Positions 1 to 11,746 of a DNA stretch of 64,000 nucleotides are shown here, piece after piece. Source of the stretch: Dehalococcoidia bacterium (lineage in GTDB: Bacteria > Chloroflexota > Dehalococcoidia > Bin125); contig CAXXNO010000012.1 in the NCBI GenBank assembly GCA_963663235.2, forward strand, positions 96,001 to 160,000, written 5' to 3'. The position numbers and the translations under genes are program-made. The notes beneath the pieces are model-generated. The model worked only from the letters and a program-made list of their open reading frames with translations, had not been told where the DNA came from and did not search any database. Each line of letters starts with the position of its first letter. Position 1 is the first letter of the stretch.

Positions 1-171
1 GGGGTCGGGCTCTTCCTGGGCGCGATGCTCTGGAGCCGTCGGCGTGGTCCGAGCGGTCCGAGCGGCCCGAGCGGCGGGCGATCGCGCGGCGGCTGGTGGC
101 GCGATCGCTACATCACTTACGACGAGCCTTCGCGGACCGCCCGCCCCCCGTTCTGGCGCCGACGCCGGTAG
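1..171 (+). CDS. 3' end of an upstream hypothetical membrane protein (partial)
   Basis: Frame +1 is open from base 1 to TAG at 169-171 and reads GVGLFLGAMLWSRRRGPSGPSGPSGG...RDRYITYDEP...FWRRRR*; hydrophobic segment followed by a basic tail. Confidence 0.55.
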   Translation, partial: GVGLFLGAMLWSRRRGPSGPSGPSGGRSRGGWWRDRYITYDEPSRTARPPFWRRRR

Positions 172-1657
172 CCGCGCAGCGACGCGACTCCGCACCGGAA
201 CCGTCTGGCTCGCCCCGCTGCTGGCGGCCGTGGTGGTTGTCGCCGCCTGCAGCAGCGGGGACGGAACCAGTCCACCGGCGGACGGACCCGAGTCCACCGA
301 TACCCAGGCGGACCAGAGCGCTCCACCCGTCGAAGCGGAGACGGCGGAGACGGCCGAGCCGGAGGAGGGAGCGCAAGAGCCGCCTCCGCTCGAGGAATCG
401 ATTGACGAGGCGCCCGCCGGAAACCCGGAGCCGGACCCGCCGGGACCGCCGCTCCCCTACGACAACGCCCACGCGCTCTCGGTGATCGAAGAGCTGGCGG
501 TCCGGATCGGTCCGCGGGTGAAGGGCACCGACGGCGAACGGGCCGCGGGCGATTTTCTATCGGAGCGCTTCGCGTCGTTCGGGTACGAGGTGGAACGGCA
601 GCGGTTCCCCATCACGCGCTTCGAGATCCTCGAAGCCGAGGTGCGGGTGAACGGGACATCGATCGGGGCGCGTGTGATGGGCGGGTCGGCAAGCGGTACC
701 GCGGAAGGGCCGCTGATTCTCGTCCCCGGCCTGGGCGACGCCAGCGACTACAGCGCGCTCGACGTCCGCGGTGCGGTAGTCCTCGTCGAACGTGGGGTGC
801 TGTTCTTCCAAGACAAGGTCGACATCGCCGAGTCAGAGGGCGCCGCGGCGATCATCATCTACAACAACGATGGCGGGCCGTTCGACGGCTTCCTGGGGGC
901 CGGGTCGACCATCCCCGCGCTGAGCCTGGACCGGGAGAGCGGGCTGGCGTTGCGAGAAGCGGAGGGCACGACAGCGGGCATCACGATCGAAGCGGGCAGC
1001 GCGCGCGCAGAGTCAGAGAACATCATCGCCAGCGTGAGCGGCGGCCCCTGCCGCCTGTACGTGGGCGGACACTACGACAGCGTGACCAACGTACCCGGCG
1101 CGAACGACAACGCCAGCGGCACGGCGCTCGTGCTGGAGCTCGCGCGCGCCTTCGCGGAGAGCGCGGGCGTCGAGGAGGTCTGCTTCGTCGCTTTCGGGGC
1201 CGAGGAGGGGGGAGGCGGCAGCGGCGGCCTCGAGGGCAGCCGCTTCCTGGTGCGGCGGTTGCAGGAGAGCGGAGCGGCCGCGGAGGTCCGAGCGATGCTG
1301 AACCTGGACGCCATCGGAAGCGGCACGTCCGTCCGGCTTGTGGGCTCCCCGTCGCTGGCCGATATGGCCCGGACGCTGGCGGACGCTCTGGACATCTTCG
1401 TCGTCCCGGGCGGGCTGCCGATCGGCACGGGCTCCGACCATGTGAATTTCGATGCGATCGGCGTCCCGGTGATCTTCCCGACCGTCTTCGGGGCCGAGAT
1501 CCATGTCCCGGCGGACAACTTCGCCAACATCGATCCAGCGCTTGTCGAGCGCATCGGGTTGCTGGCCCACGGCATCCTGCAGTGCCTCATTGCGCAGGAG
1601 AACGGCGAAGCGTTGAGCGGCGACACGTGTCTCGCGCTGGTGCAAGCCGCTGCCTGA
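44..1657 (+). CDS. M28 family aminopeptidase with PA domain, probable lipoprotein (true start probably downstream of ~170)
   Basis: Lipobox-like VAAC, acidic/Pro linker, PA domain (RGAVVLVERG...KV..A...GA.AIIIYNN), GGHYDS, GANDNASG, AEE, NLD, SDH motifs. Confidence 0.88.
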   Translation: MVRAVRAARAAGDRAAAGGAIATSLTTSLRGPPAPRSGADAGSRAATRLRTGTVWLAPLLAAVVVVAACSSGDGTSPPADGPESTDTQADQSAPPVEAETAETAEPEEGAQEPPPLEESIDEAPAGNPEPDPPGPPLPYDNAHALSVIEELAVRIGPRVKGTDGERAAGDFLSERFASFGYEVERQRFPITRFEILEAEVRVNGTSIGARVMGGSASGTAEGPLILVPGLGDASDYSALDVRGAVVLVERGVLFFQDKVDIAESEGAAAIIIYNNDGGPFDGFLGAGSTIPALSLDRESGLALREAEGTTAGITIEAGSARAESENIIASVSGGPCRLYVGGHYDSVTNVPGANDNASGTALVLELARAFAESAGVEEVCFVAFGAEEGGGGSGGLEGSRFLVRRLQESGAAAEVRAMLNLDAIGSGTSVRLVGSPSLADMARTLADALDIFVVPGGLPIGTGSDHVNFDAIGVPVIFPTVFGAEIHVPADNFANIDPALVERIGLLAHGILQCLIAQENGEALSGDTCLALVQAAA

Positions 1658-1727
1658 CGGAACGGTGATTGAGCCGGCGCGCAGGCGAGCCTACACTTCA
1701 AGAACGGGCGGATTGAGGGGTCACACC

Positions 1728-2357
1728 GTGCGCCAGTGGCTCATGGGGCTGGCGACCGCCGGCACGCTGATCGGTGTTGCGGCCTGCGGCGGAGACGACA
1801 GTCCCAGCACGGGGTCCTCAGATGGGTCCGTCTCCGCCGACGGCGCCGAGATCCCCGTCGAACCGTTTCCCGAGACGCTGCCCGACGCGTTTATCTTCCG
1901 CGGCGAGGAAACCGAGGCCGCAGCCGAAGCCGAGCAGGAGGAAGTCCTCTACATCGTTCAGGCAGGCGACACGCTGGCGCTGATCGCGGAGCGGTTCGAC
2001 ACCGCGGCGGAGGAGATCCAGCGGCTCAACGGGATCGCCGATCCGTCGATCCTGAGCGTGGGCGACGAGCTGCGGATCCCCGTCCCGGTGGTGGACCGCA
2101 TCGCCGCGATCCAGGACGACGACGGTGAGGCCGTGGAGGCCGCCCTTCCGCCCGGCGAACCGTACACAATCCAGCCGGGTGACACGTTGTTCGACATCGG
2201 CACCGCGCTCGGCATTCCCTGGCAGACGATCGCCGCCTATAACCAGCTGACCGACTTCGAGGCCACGAACTTGACGACGGGACGGGTCATCATCATCCCG
2301 CCGCAAGAGGAAGAGGCGGCGGAAGAGAGCGACGAGCCGAGCGAGCCGCCCGGATAG
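1728..2357 (+). CDS. Lipoprotein with two LysM domains
   Basis: VAAC lipobox; YIVQAGDTLALIA...LN...LSVGDELRIP and YTIQPGDTLFDIG...YN...GRVIIIP; GTG start at 1728 preferred over 1665. Confidence 0.88.
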   Translation: MRQWLMGLATAGTLIGVAACGGDDSPSTGSSDGSVSADGAEIPVEPFPETLPDAFIFRGEETEAAAEAEQEEVLYIVQAGDTLALIAERFDTAAEEIQRLNGIADPSILSVGDELRIPVPVVDRIAAIQDDDGEAVEAALPPGEPYTIQPGDTLFDIGTALGIPWQTIAAYNQLTDFEATNLTTGRVIIIPPQEEEAAEESDEPSEPPG

Positions 2358-2521
2358 GGCAGCGCCGGGCCGCGAGGCGCTGCGGACGTCCGTCGACCGC
2401 GCCCGGGGCCTATGATAGCCTTCGATGGCGCGCCTCCGGATGGCCCGCGCAGCACGCCTCCGCAGGCGGCCATCGGAGGCTGTCTTCTCGTCCGGCGGAG
2501 AACAAGGAGCGGGCATCAGGT

Positions 2522-4135
2522 ATGGCCATCCGTCAGGAACGAGCGCAGCCGTCCGCGAAGACGGAGCCCGAGGCCGCCGCGCCCGCCAGCGCCGATGAGA
2601 AGCTGGCGGAGACGGAGCGCCGCAAGGCGCAGGGCCGGCTGGGGGGCGGCGAGCAAGCGACCAAGCGGCAGCACGAGCGGGGCAAACTGACCGCGCGGGA
2701 GCGCCTGAATCTGCTGTTCGATGATGACTCCTTTGAAGAGATCGATTCGCTGGTCACGCACCGGACCACGCGTTTTGGGCTAGACAAACAGCAGTACTAC
2801 GGCGACGCCGTGGTCTCCGGATACGGCAGCATCGACGGGCGGACGGTCTTCGCCTATTCACAAGACTTCACCGTGCTCGGCGGATCGCTCTCAGAAGTGG
2901 TGGCCGAAAAGATCGTCAAGGTGCAGGACTTGTCGCTCAAGGTGGGGGCGCCGATCGTCGCGCTGAACGACGGCGGCGGAGCCCGCATCCAAGAAGGGGT
3001 CTCGTCGCTGCGGGGGTACGGCGAGATCTTCCTGCGCAACACGCTGGCGTCGGGGGTGGTGCCGCAGATCGGGGTGAGCATGGGGCCGACGGCCGGCGGC
3101 GGGGTGTATTCACCGGCCATCATGGACTTCATTTTCATGGTGGACGGCATCGGGCAGATGTACATCACCGGCCCCGACGTGGTCCGCGCCGTGAGCGGCG
3201 AAGAGGTGAGCCACGAAGAGTTGGGCGGGGCACGGACTCATGCAACGCGGAGCGGGGTGGCCCACTTCGCCATCGCCGGAGAAGAGGCCACGCTGGAAGC
3301 GGTACGCGACCTTCTCTCGTATCTGCCCTCCACGAACATGGACACTCCCCCCTATGAGGACAGTGGCGACGACCCGGAACGTCGCACCGAGGAGCTCCTG
3401 GAGATCGTGCCGACGGACGCCAGCAAGCCCTACGACATCCGCGATGTGATTCGCAGCATCGTGGACCACGGTGAGTTCCTGGAGGTGCACGCGCTGTGGG
3501 CGCGCAACATCGCCGTGGGGCTCGGACGGATGGGCGGCCATACGGTGGGGCTGGTGGGTAACGCGCCGGACGCGCTGGCGGGCGTGCTGGACATCGACGC
3601 CTCGCGGAAAGCGGCGCGCTTCGTCCGCTTCTGCGACTGTTTCAACATTCCGCTGGTCACATTGGTGGACGTCCCCGGTTTTCTGCCCGGCACTCAGCAA
3701 GAGTACGGGGGGATCATCGTGCACGGGGCCAAGTTGCTCTACGCCTACGCGGAAGCCACCGTGCCCAAGATCTCCGTCACCCTGCGCAAGGCATACGGGG
3801 GCGCCCACATTGTCATGAGCAGCCGGTACCTACGCGGCGACGTGAACCTGGCCTGGCCGAACGCCGAGATCGCCGTGATGGGCGCAGAGGGTGCGGTGAG
3901 CATCATCCATCGCCGTACACTGAGTAAGGCTAACGATGCCGTCGCCGAGCGCGCGCGGTTGATCCGCGAATTCGAGGTCGAGTTCTCCACGCCGTACCAA
4001 GCGGCGCAACTCGGCTACATCGACGACGTGATCGACCCGCGCGATACGCGCCGGCGCGTGATCCGCGCGCTGGAGATGCTTGCCAACAAAGCGGACAGCA
4101 ATCCGCCCAAGAAGCACGGCAACATCCCGCTGTAG
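2522..4135 (+). CDS. Acyl-CoA carboxylase carboxyltransferase (beta) subunit, PccB/MmdA-like
   Basis: GKLTARER, QDFTVLGGSL, GGARIQEG, DVPGFLPG, RKAYGGA and C-terminal PKKHGNIPL. Confidence 0.93.
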   Translation: MAIRQERAQPSAKTEPEAAAPASADEKLAETERRKAQGRLGGGEQATKRQHERGKLTARERLNLLFDDDSFEEIDSLVTHRTTRFGLDKQQYYGDAVVSGYGSIDGRTVFAYSQDFTVLGGSLSEVVAEKIVKVQDLSLKVGAPIVALNDGGGARIQEGVSSLRGYGEIFLRNTLASGVVPQIGVSMGPTAGGGVYSPAIMDFIFMVDGIGQMYITGPDVVRAVSGEEVSHEELGGARTHATRSGVAHFAIAGEEATLEAVRDLLSYLPSTNMDTPPYEDSGDDPERRTEELLEIVPTDASKPYDIRDVIRSIVDHGEFLEVHALWARNIAVGLGRMGGHTVGLVGNAPDALAGVLDIDASRKAARFVRFCDCFNIPLVTLVDVPGFLPGTQQEYGGIIVHGAKLLYAYAEATVPKISVTLRKAYGGAHIVMSSRYLRGDVNLAWPNAEIAVMGAEGAVSIIHRRTLSKANDAVAERARLIREFEVEFSTPYQAAQLGYIDDVIDPRDTRRRVIRALEMLANKADSNPPKKHGNIPL

Positions 4136-4184
4136 AGCCCGTTCACTACGGCGGGGCGTCCGGATCGGTGGAGGGAGCGTTAGC

Positions 4185-6458
4185 GTGTCGATTTTCGAAG
4201 CGGACACGGTGGCGCGTATCGAGGCCGCGTACGGCCGCACGGCCGTGAACATCGCGACCGCGCGGCGGCGACTCGGCCGCGCGCTGAGCCTCACAGAGAA
4301 GGTGCTCTTCGGTCACATGCACGATCCGGCCGGGCAAGGGCTGGAGCGAGACGTCGATCACGTCATGCTGATCCCTGATCGCGTCGCGCTGCAAGACGCG
4401 ACGGCGCAAATGACGCTCCTGCAGTTCGAGTTGGCCGGACTCCAGCGGGTGCAGACGCCTACGACCGTGCACTGCGATCACCTCATCCAGGCGCGCGTGG
4501 GAGCGGACGCGGACCTCAAGGTATCGATCGACGAGAACCGCGAAGTGTTCGAGTTCCTCCAGAGCGCCTCCGCCCGCTATGGCGCCGGCTTCTGGCAGCC
4601 AGGATCCGGGATCATCCACCAAGTCGTGTTCGAGCATTACGCCTTCCCGGGCGGCCTCATGATCGGGACGGACAGTCATACGCCCAACGCCGGAGGGCTG
4701 GGGATGCTGGCCATCGGCGTGGGCGGAGCGGAGGCGGTGGATGTGATGGCGGGGCTGCCTTGGGGCGTGACCCTGCCCACGCTGATCGGCGTCTATCTCA
4801 CCGGGGAGCTGAGGGGCTGGACCTCATCGAAAGACGTGATCTTGCGTGTGGCCGAGGAGTTGACCGTCAAGGGCGGGACGGGCGCGATCGTCGAGTACTT
4901 CGGGCCGGGGGTCGCATCGATCAGCGCGACCGGGCGGGGCACGATCACCAACATGGGCGCCGAGAGCGGGGCCACGACCTCGGTCTTTCCGTACGACGAT
5001 CGCACTGTCGCTTACCTGCAGGCGACCGATCGGGGCGTGATCGCCGAGGTGGCCGAGCGGCACCGAAGCGACCTGCAGCCGGACCCGGAGATGGAGGCGC
5101 AGCGGTCGCAGATCTTCGATCGGTTGGTCACGATCGATCTCGACGAGCTAGAGCCCAGCTGGGTGGGGCCGCACACGCCGGACCTGCGCCACCGGATCTC
5201 GCAGATGCAGGACGACGTCCAGCGTGAGGGGTATCCGGCGACCATCAAGGATGCGCTGATCGGATCGTGCACGAACAGCTCGTACGAAGATTTGAGCCGG
5301 GCGGCGCACGTAGCGCGCCAAGCCACCGCAGCGGGGCTGCGGATGCGGACGCCGTTGCTGGTGACCCCCGGCTCCGAGCAGATCCGGGCGACGGCCGCCC
5401 GGGACGGGCAACTGGCGGCCTTTGAAGAGGCCGGGGCCACCGTGCTGGCCAACGCTTGCGGCCCTTGCATCGGCCAGTGGAAGCGGACGGACATCGAAGC
5501 AGGGGAGCGGAACACGATCGTAACGTCGTTCAACCGCAATTTCCCCCGCCGCAATGACGGCAATGCCGAAACGCTGGCGTTCATCGGCAGCCCGGAGATC
5601 GTCGTGGCAGCGGTGTTCGCCGGGGACCTGCGGTTCGATCCACAGTTGGACGCGATCCGCCGGGAGGACGGCAGCCTGTTCCGATTTGCGCCGCCCAGGG
5701 GCGATGAGCTGCCGCAGCGCGGGTTCACGCCGGGCGAGGAGGGGTACGTGCCGCCGCCGAAGGACGGCAGCGGCGTAATGGTGCAAGTGGACCCGCGGAG
5801 CGAACGGCTGCAACGACTGGAGCCCTTCGCGCCGTGGGACGGCAAAGATCTCGCGGAGCTCGTGCCGCTGCTGAAAGCGCGGGGGAAGTGCACCACGGAC
5901 CACATCTCTCCGGCCGGCCCCTGGCTGCGGTTCCGAGGCCACCTGGACAACATCTCCGACAACCTGTTCATCGGGGTCAACAATGCCTTCGGCGGAACCG
6001 GGACCGGGAGCAACGTCCTGTCCGGTGAGCGCGATCTGCCGCTGTCGAAAATCGCACGGGCGTACAAGGCAGCGGGAGTGGCCTGGGTGGCGATCGGCGA
6101 CGAGAACTACGGAGAGGGGTCCAGCCGGGAGCACGCGGCGATGGAGCCGCGCCACCTGGGCGGCCGCGCCGTGATCGCGCGGAGCTTCGCGCGGATCCAC
6201 GAAACCAACCTGAAGAAGCAAGGGCTGCTAGCGCTGACGTTCGCCGACGCAGGCGACTACGACAAGATCGGCGCAGAGGATCGCCTGAGCATCGTGGGGC
6301 TGGGGGGGCTGGCGCCCGGGAAGCGAGTGCGGGTCAACATCCGCCATCCCGACGAGTCGGAGGAATCGATCGAGGTACGCCACTCGATGACCGCGGAGCA
6401 GATCGAGTGGTTCAAGGCCGGCAGCGCGCTCAACATGCTCGCGACCGGGCCGCGTTAG
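4185..6458 (+). CDS. Aconitate hydratase (mitochondrial-like type)
   Basis: DRVALQDATAQM, HCDH, DSHTPN, IGSCTNSS, ANACGPCIGQW, TTDHISPAG, NYGEGSSREHAA; GTG start at 4185 after GGAGGGAG. Confidence 0.95.
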   Translation: MSIFEADTVARIEAAYGRTAVNIATARRRLGRALSLTEKVLFGHMHDPAGQGLERDVDHVMLIPDRVALQDATAQMTLLQFELAGLQRVQTPTTVHCDHLIQARVGADADLKVSIDENREVFEFLQSASARYGAGFWQPGSGIIHQVVFEHYAFPGGLMIGTDSHTPNAGGLGMLAIGVGGAEAVDVMAGLPWGVTLPTLIGVYLTGELRGWTSSKDVILRVAEELTVKGGTGAIVEYFGPGVASISATGRGTITNMGAESGATTSVFPYDDRTVAYLQATDRGVIAEVAERHRSDLQPDPEMEAQRSQIFDRLVTIDLDELEPSWVGPHTPDLRHRISQMQDDVQREGYPATIKDALIGSCTNSSYEDLSRAAHVARQATAAGLRMRTPLLVTPGSEQIRATAARDGQLAAFEEAGATVLANACGPCIGQWKRTDIEAGERNTIVTSFNRNFPRRNDGNAETLAFIGSPEIVVAAVFAGDLRFDPQLDAIRREDGSLFRFAPPRGDELPQRGFTPGEEGYVPPPKDGSGVMVQVDPRSERLQRLEPFAPWDGKDLAELVPLLKARGKCTTDHISPAGPWLRFRGHLDNISDNLFIGVNNAFGGTGTGSNVLSGERDLPLSKIARAYKAAGVAWVAIGDENYGEGSSREHAAMEPRHLGGRAVIARSFARIHETNLKKQGLLALTFADAGDYDKIGAEDRLSIVGLGGLAPGKRVRVNIRHPDESEESIEVRHSMTAEQIEWFKAGSALNMLATGPR

Positions 6459-7448
<990 letters not shown>

Positions 7449-7539
7449 CAGCGGCGGCGACCACGAGCGATCACGGCGCACTGGGCCAGGCGTGGAGCGG
7501 AAGGCCGCGCGCGCCGGCCGGGACACGACGGGAGCGACG

Positions 7540-8934
<1,395 letters not shown>

Positions 8935-8974
8935 TCGCGCTCGGTACCGCGGGGTGAGGCGGCGCGGATCGTAC

Positions 8975-9583
8975 GCGGCGGCGGCGTGGGAGGGAACCTC
9001 ACCCCCTAGCCCTCCTTCGACAAGCTCAGGACAGGCCCCTCTCCATCGGCAAGCGATGGAGAGGGGGAAGAGAAGCGTGTGTCGTCGTGCGCGGCGGCGG
9101 CGGGGGAGGGAACCTCACCCCCTCGCCCTCCTTCGACAAGCTCAGGACAGGCCCCTCCATCGGCAAGCGATGGAGAGGGGGAAGAGAAGCGTGTGTCGTC
9201 GTGCGCGGCGGCGGCGGGGGAGGGAACCTCACCCCCTCGCCCTCCTTCGACAAGCTCAGGACAGGCCCCTCTCCATCGGCAAGCGATGGAGAGAAAAAAA
9301 AGAAGCGGACGCGGCCTCACCCCCGGCCCTCCTTCGACAGGCTTGGGGGGAACGGCCGGGCTGCCCGCTCTCCTTCGACTTCGCTCAGGACGAACGGGGC
9401 GGGAAAAAGAACCTCACCCCCTGGCCCCCTCTCCATCGACAAGCGATGGAGAGGGGGAAGGGCGAGAAGCGTGTGTCGTCGTGCGCGGCGGCGTCGCGGA
9501 CCGCCGCGGGGCGGCCCTTCGACGGGCTCAAGACAGGCCCTTCGGCAGGCTCAGGACAGGCAGGACACACGGGTGTCCCCTAG
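8975..9583. repeat. Cluster of REP-like palindromic repeats including three ~114-116-bp tandem composite units
   Basis: AACCTCACCCC recurs at 8995, 9111, 9225; units contain CCTTCGACAAGCTCAGGACAGG and the hairpin CTCTCCATCGGCAAGCGATGGAGAG. Confidence 0.9.
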
Positions 9584-9625
9584 GCGGCGCGATCGCTAGC
9601 ATCGGCGACGCGAAAGGGGTGGCAG

Positions 9626-10105
9626 ATGGCGAAGCGCCGCAACGAGATCGCGATGACCGACGAAGAGGTGAAGGCGTTCCTGGAAGAGGGGCAGAAGCCG
9701 GGGCAGGCGCTGGAAGTGGCGTCGATCGGGCCGGACGGCTATCCGCATCAAGTGGCGATGTGGTACACGCTGCTGGACGGGAAGATCGCCTTCACCACCT
9801 ACGCCAAGGCGCAGAAGGTGCTGAACCTGCAACGGAATCCCAAGATCTCGTGCATGCTGGAGGCCGGCGACACCTACCCCCAGTTGCGCGGACTGGTCAT
9901 TGAGGGCGACGCGGAGATCATCGACGACCCGGAGATCGTCTATGAAGTGCTCAAGCGGTCGTCGGCGAACCACGTCGAGGGCAACCCGATGCACGAGGCG
10001 ACCGATGAGCAGAAGCGCAAAGTGGCCAGCAAACGGGTGGTAATCAAGGTCAACCCGGCGAACGTGTATTCCTGGGACCACCGCAAGCTGGGCGGGGTGT
10101 ATTAG
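9626..10105 (+). CDS. Pyridoxamine 5'-phosphate oxidase-like (split beta-barrel) protein, probably F420/flavin-dependent
   Basis: VASIGPDGYPH..MWY, KAQKV.NL.RNPKIS, LRGLVIEG, SWDHRKLG. Confidence 0.85.
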   Translation: MAKRRNEIAMTDEEVKAFLEEGQKPGQALEVASIGPDGYPHQVAMWYTLLDGKIAFTTYAKAQKVLNLQRNPKISCMLEAGDTYPQLRGLVIEGDAEIIDDPEIVYEVLKRSSANHVEGNPMHEATDEQKRKVASKRVVIKVNPANVYSWDHRKLGGVY

Positions 10106-10123
10106 CTCCATTGCGGGCAGGGC

Positions 10124-10529
10124 GTGGACCTCACCCCCTGGCCCTCCTTCGACTCGCCTGCGGCTCGCTCAGGACAGGCCCTCTCCATCCTTCCCAGGAG
10201 GGAAGGATGGAGAGGGGGAAGAAAAAAGAAGCGGACGCGGCCTCACCCCCGGCCTCGCTCCAGCGCAGGTGATGGAGAGGGAGGAGAGTGGGAAACCGTC
10301 CTTCCCTTCCCCCTCTCCATCGGCAAGCGATGGAGAGGGGGAAGGGAAGGACGGATCGCAGGGCCGCCCCGTTCTCCTTCGACCCATCGACGGGCTCAGG
10401 ACAGGCCCTTCGGCAGGCTCAGGACAGGCTTCGCTCAGGACGAACGGGGCGGGAGAGGGGCGTTTGATGCCATCGCGGGCGGGGCGTGGGAGACGGCGCG
10501 GCGGTCGTGGTGCGCGGCGGGGGTGAGGT
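10124..10529. repeat. REP-like repeat cluster
   Basis: Several CCTCACCCC / CTCTCCATC..GATGGAGAG hairpins and nested CTTCGAC..GCTCAGGAC modules. Confidence 0.88.
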
Positions 10530-10890
10530 GCGGGGGGATAGTTATGTCGGTGGCCGCAGCCCAAAAACATTACATGCTCTTCTGGAACCCTCGGCGGCCA
10601 GCCGTCGTTCCTGTAAACATGGAGGGCCTGGGATGGCGGGACCGACGTAATTCCCCCGCCCGCCACTCTCGAGCGCGACGGCAGACCTCAGCTGAGGACC
10701 GCCCCGCACTCGCGAGTATCGTCGGTCCTGCCGCCCTCCTATCTCCCCTCCCGCGCTGATCCAGCGCCGGGCAGGGCTAACCCGCTGCAGACGATCACCA
10801 CGTCGTGTCGCAGCACGGGACCGCCCTTCCACCATCCGTGGCCCGCAAGCGACCGGACTCGTCTTCGTGCAGCGGCGCGCGCGTAACACA
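10530..10890. ncRNA. Candidate structured non-coding RNA, family and strand unknown
   Basis: Non-repeat sequence with no credible ORF and several long complementary stems found by eye. Confidence 0.4.
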
Positions 10891-10910
10891 CAGGTCTAGG
10901 GCATTCAATA

Positions 10911-11130
10911 ACCTCACCCCCTGTCCCCCTCTCCATCGGCAAGCGATGGAGAGGGGGAAGGGCAGGGAAACCTCAGCCCCGGCCTCGCTCTGGGGCAGGT
11001 AATGGAACGGGGGAACGGGAAACCTCACCCCCTAGCCCTCCTTCGACTCGCCTGCGGCTCGCTCAGGACAGGCTCTCTCCATCGGCAAGCGATGGAGAGG
11101 GGGAAGAGAGGGAGGGGAAGGAAGAGCGGG
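10911..11130. repeat. REP-like repeat cluster
   Basis: ACCTCACCCCCTGTCCCCCTCTCCATCGGCAAGCGATGGAGAGGGGGAAG at 10911 and a copy carrying an inserted module at ~11022. Confidence 0.88.
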
Positions 11131-11155
11131 GGAGGGTGCTCGCGCTCTTGCGCGG

Positions 11156-11746
11156 TCAGTCGCCGCGGTAGGAGCGGATCGCGTTGTCGCCGAGGGGGGC
11201 CAGCGCGCGCAGAGCGAGGGCCTGGAGCATGACGATGGACTTGACGTCGTCGATCTCGCCGTCGCGGACGAGCTGCATGCTCTGGCCGAGCGTGTAGTGC
11301 TCCACGAGCAGGATCTCATCGTCCTCGGGTGCGCGCTCGCAAGGGGTGCAATCGCGGGCGAGGAAGCCATGCATGTACTCCTCAGCCCAGCCGGGGGCGA
11401 CCCAAAAGGTTAAAAACGTCTCCAGCGAGCCCGGGCGCAGGCCCACCTCCTCCGCCAGCTCGCGAGCCGCCGCGGCCTCCGGGTCCTCGCCGGGATCGAG
11501 CGTCCCGGCCGGCAGCTCCAGCAGCGCCCGCCGCGCGGGCGCGCGCCACTGGCGGACGAAGGGGATGTGGCCATCAGCGTGCAGCGCGAGCATCACAACG
11601 GAGCCAGGATGCTCGACCACCTCGCGGTCGGCTTCGCGACCGTCGGGCAAGCGGACGCGATCACGACGGAGGTTGAGGATGCGCCCCTCATAGAGCCGCT
11701 CGCTGTGGAGGGTCTCTTCGCGGAGCGGCTCAGCGGGACCCGGCAC
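11156..11746 (-). CDS. NUDIX hydrolase (ADP-ribose pyrophosphatase-like)
   Basis: REVVEHPG, ELPAGTLDPGEDPEAAAARELAEEVG Nudix box; GTG start near 11746. Confidence 0.9.
   Translation of the reverse strand: MPGPAEPLREETLHSERLYEGRILNLRRDRVRLPDGREADREVVEHPGSVVMLALHADGHIPFVRQWRAPARRALLELPAGTLDPGEDPEAAAARELAEEVGLRPGSLETFLTFWVAPGWAEEYMHGFLARDCTPCERAPEDDEILLVEHYTLGQSMQLVRDGEIDDVKSIVMLQALALRALAPLGDNAIRSYRGD

Noticed and set aside
4080-4184. Extended N-termini given by the ORF track for acn, nadK, tlyA, tig, qor, HDAC, def, rsmH, murC, murB, ddl
   Set aside because: Extensions overlap upstream genes and lack homology; downstream starts fit family lengths.
8995-9300. CRISPR interpretation of the ~115-bp tandem units
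   Set aside because: Units are near-identical along their length with no unique spacers.
8954-9599. ORFs of 75-274 aa spanning the repeat cluster (also 10124-10759 and 32637-33101)
   Set aside because: Translations are repeat-derived peptides (PFDKLRT, LRQAQD, PLHRQAMERG); GC-rich repeats lack stops by chance.
10770-10850. SAM-I riboswitch-like TGGTGGAAGGGCGGTCCCGTG on the minus strand
   Set aside because: Lacks the ATC..GAG start, GCAACC and GTGC.AA elements, and no downstream gene on that strand.
10530-10890. OLE RNA, suggested by the nearby tlyA and nadK genes
   Set aside because: Too short, no oapA gene, wrong position relative to those genes and no recognisable OLE sequence.
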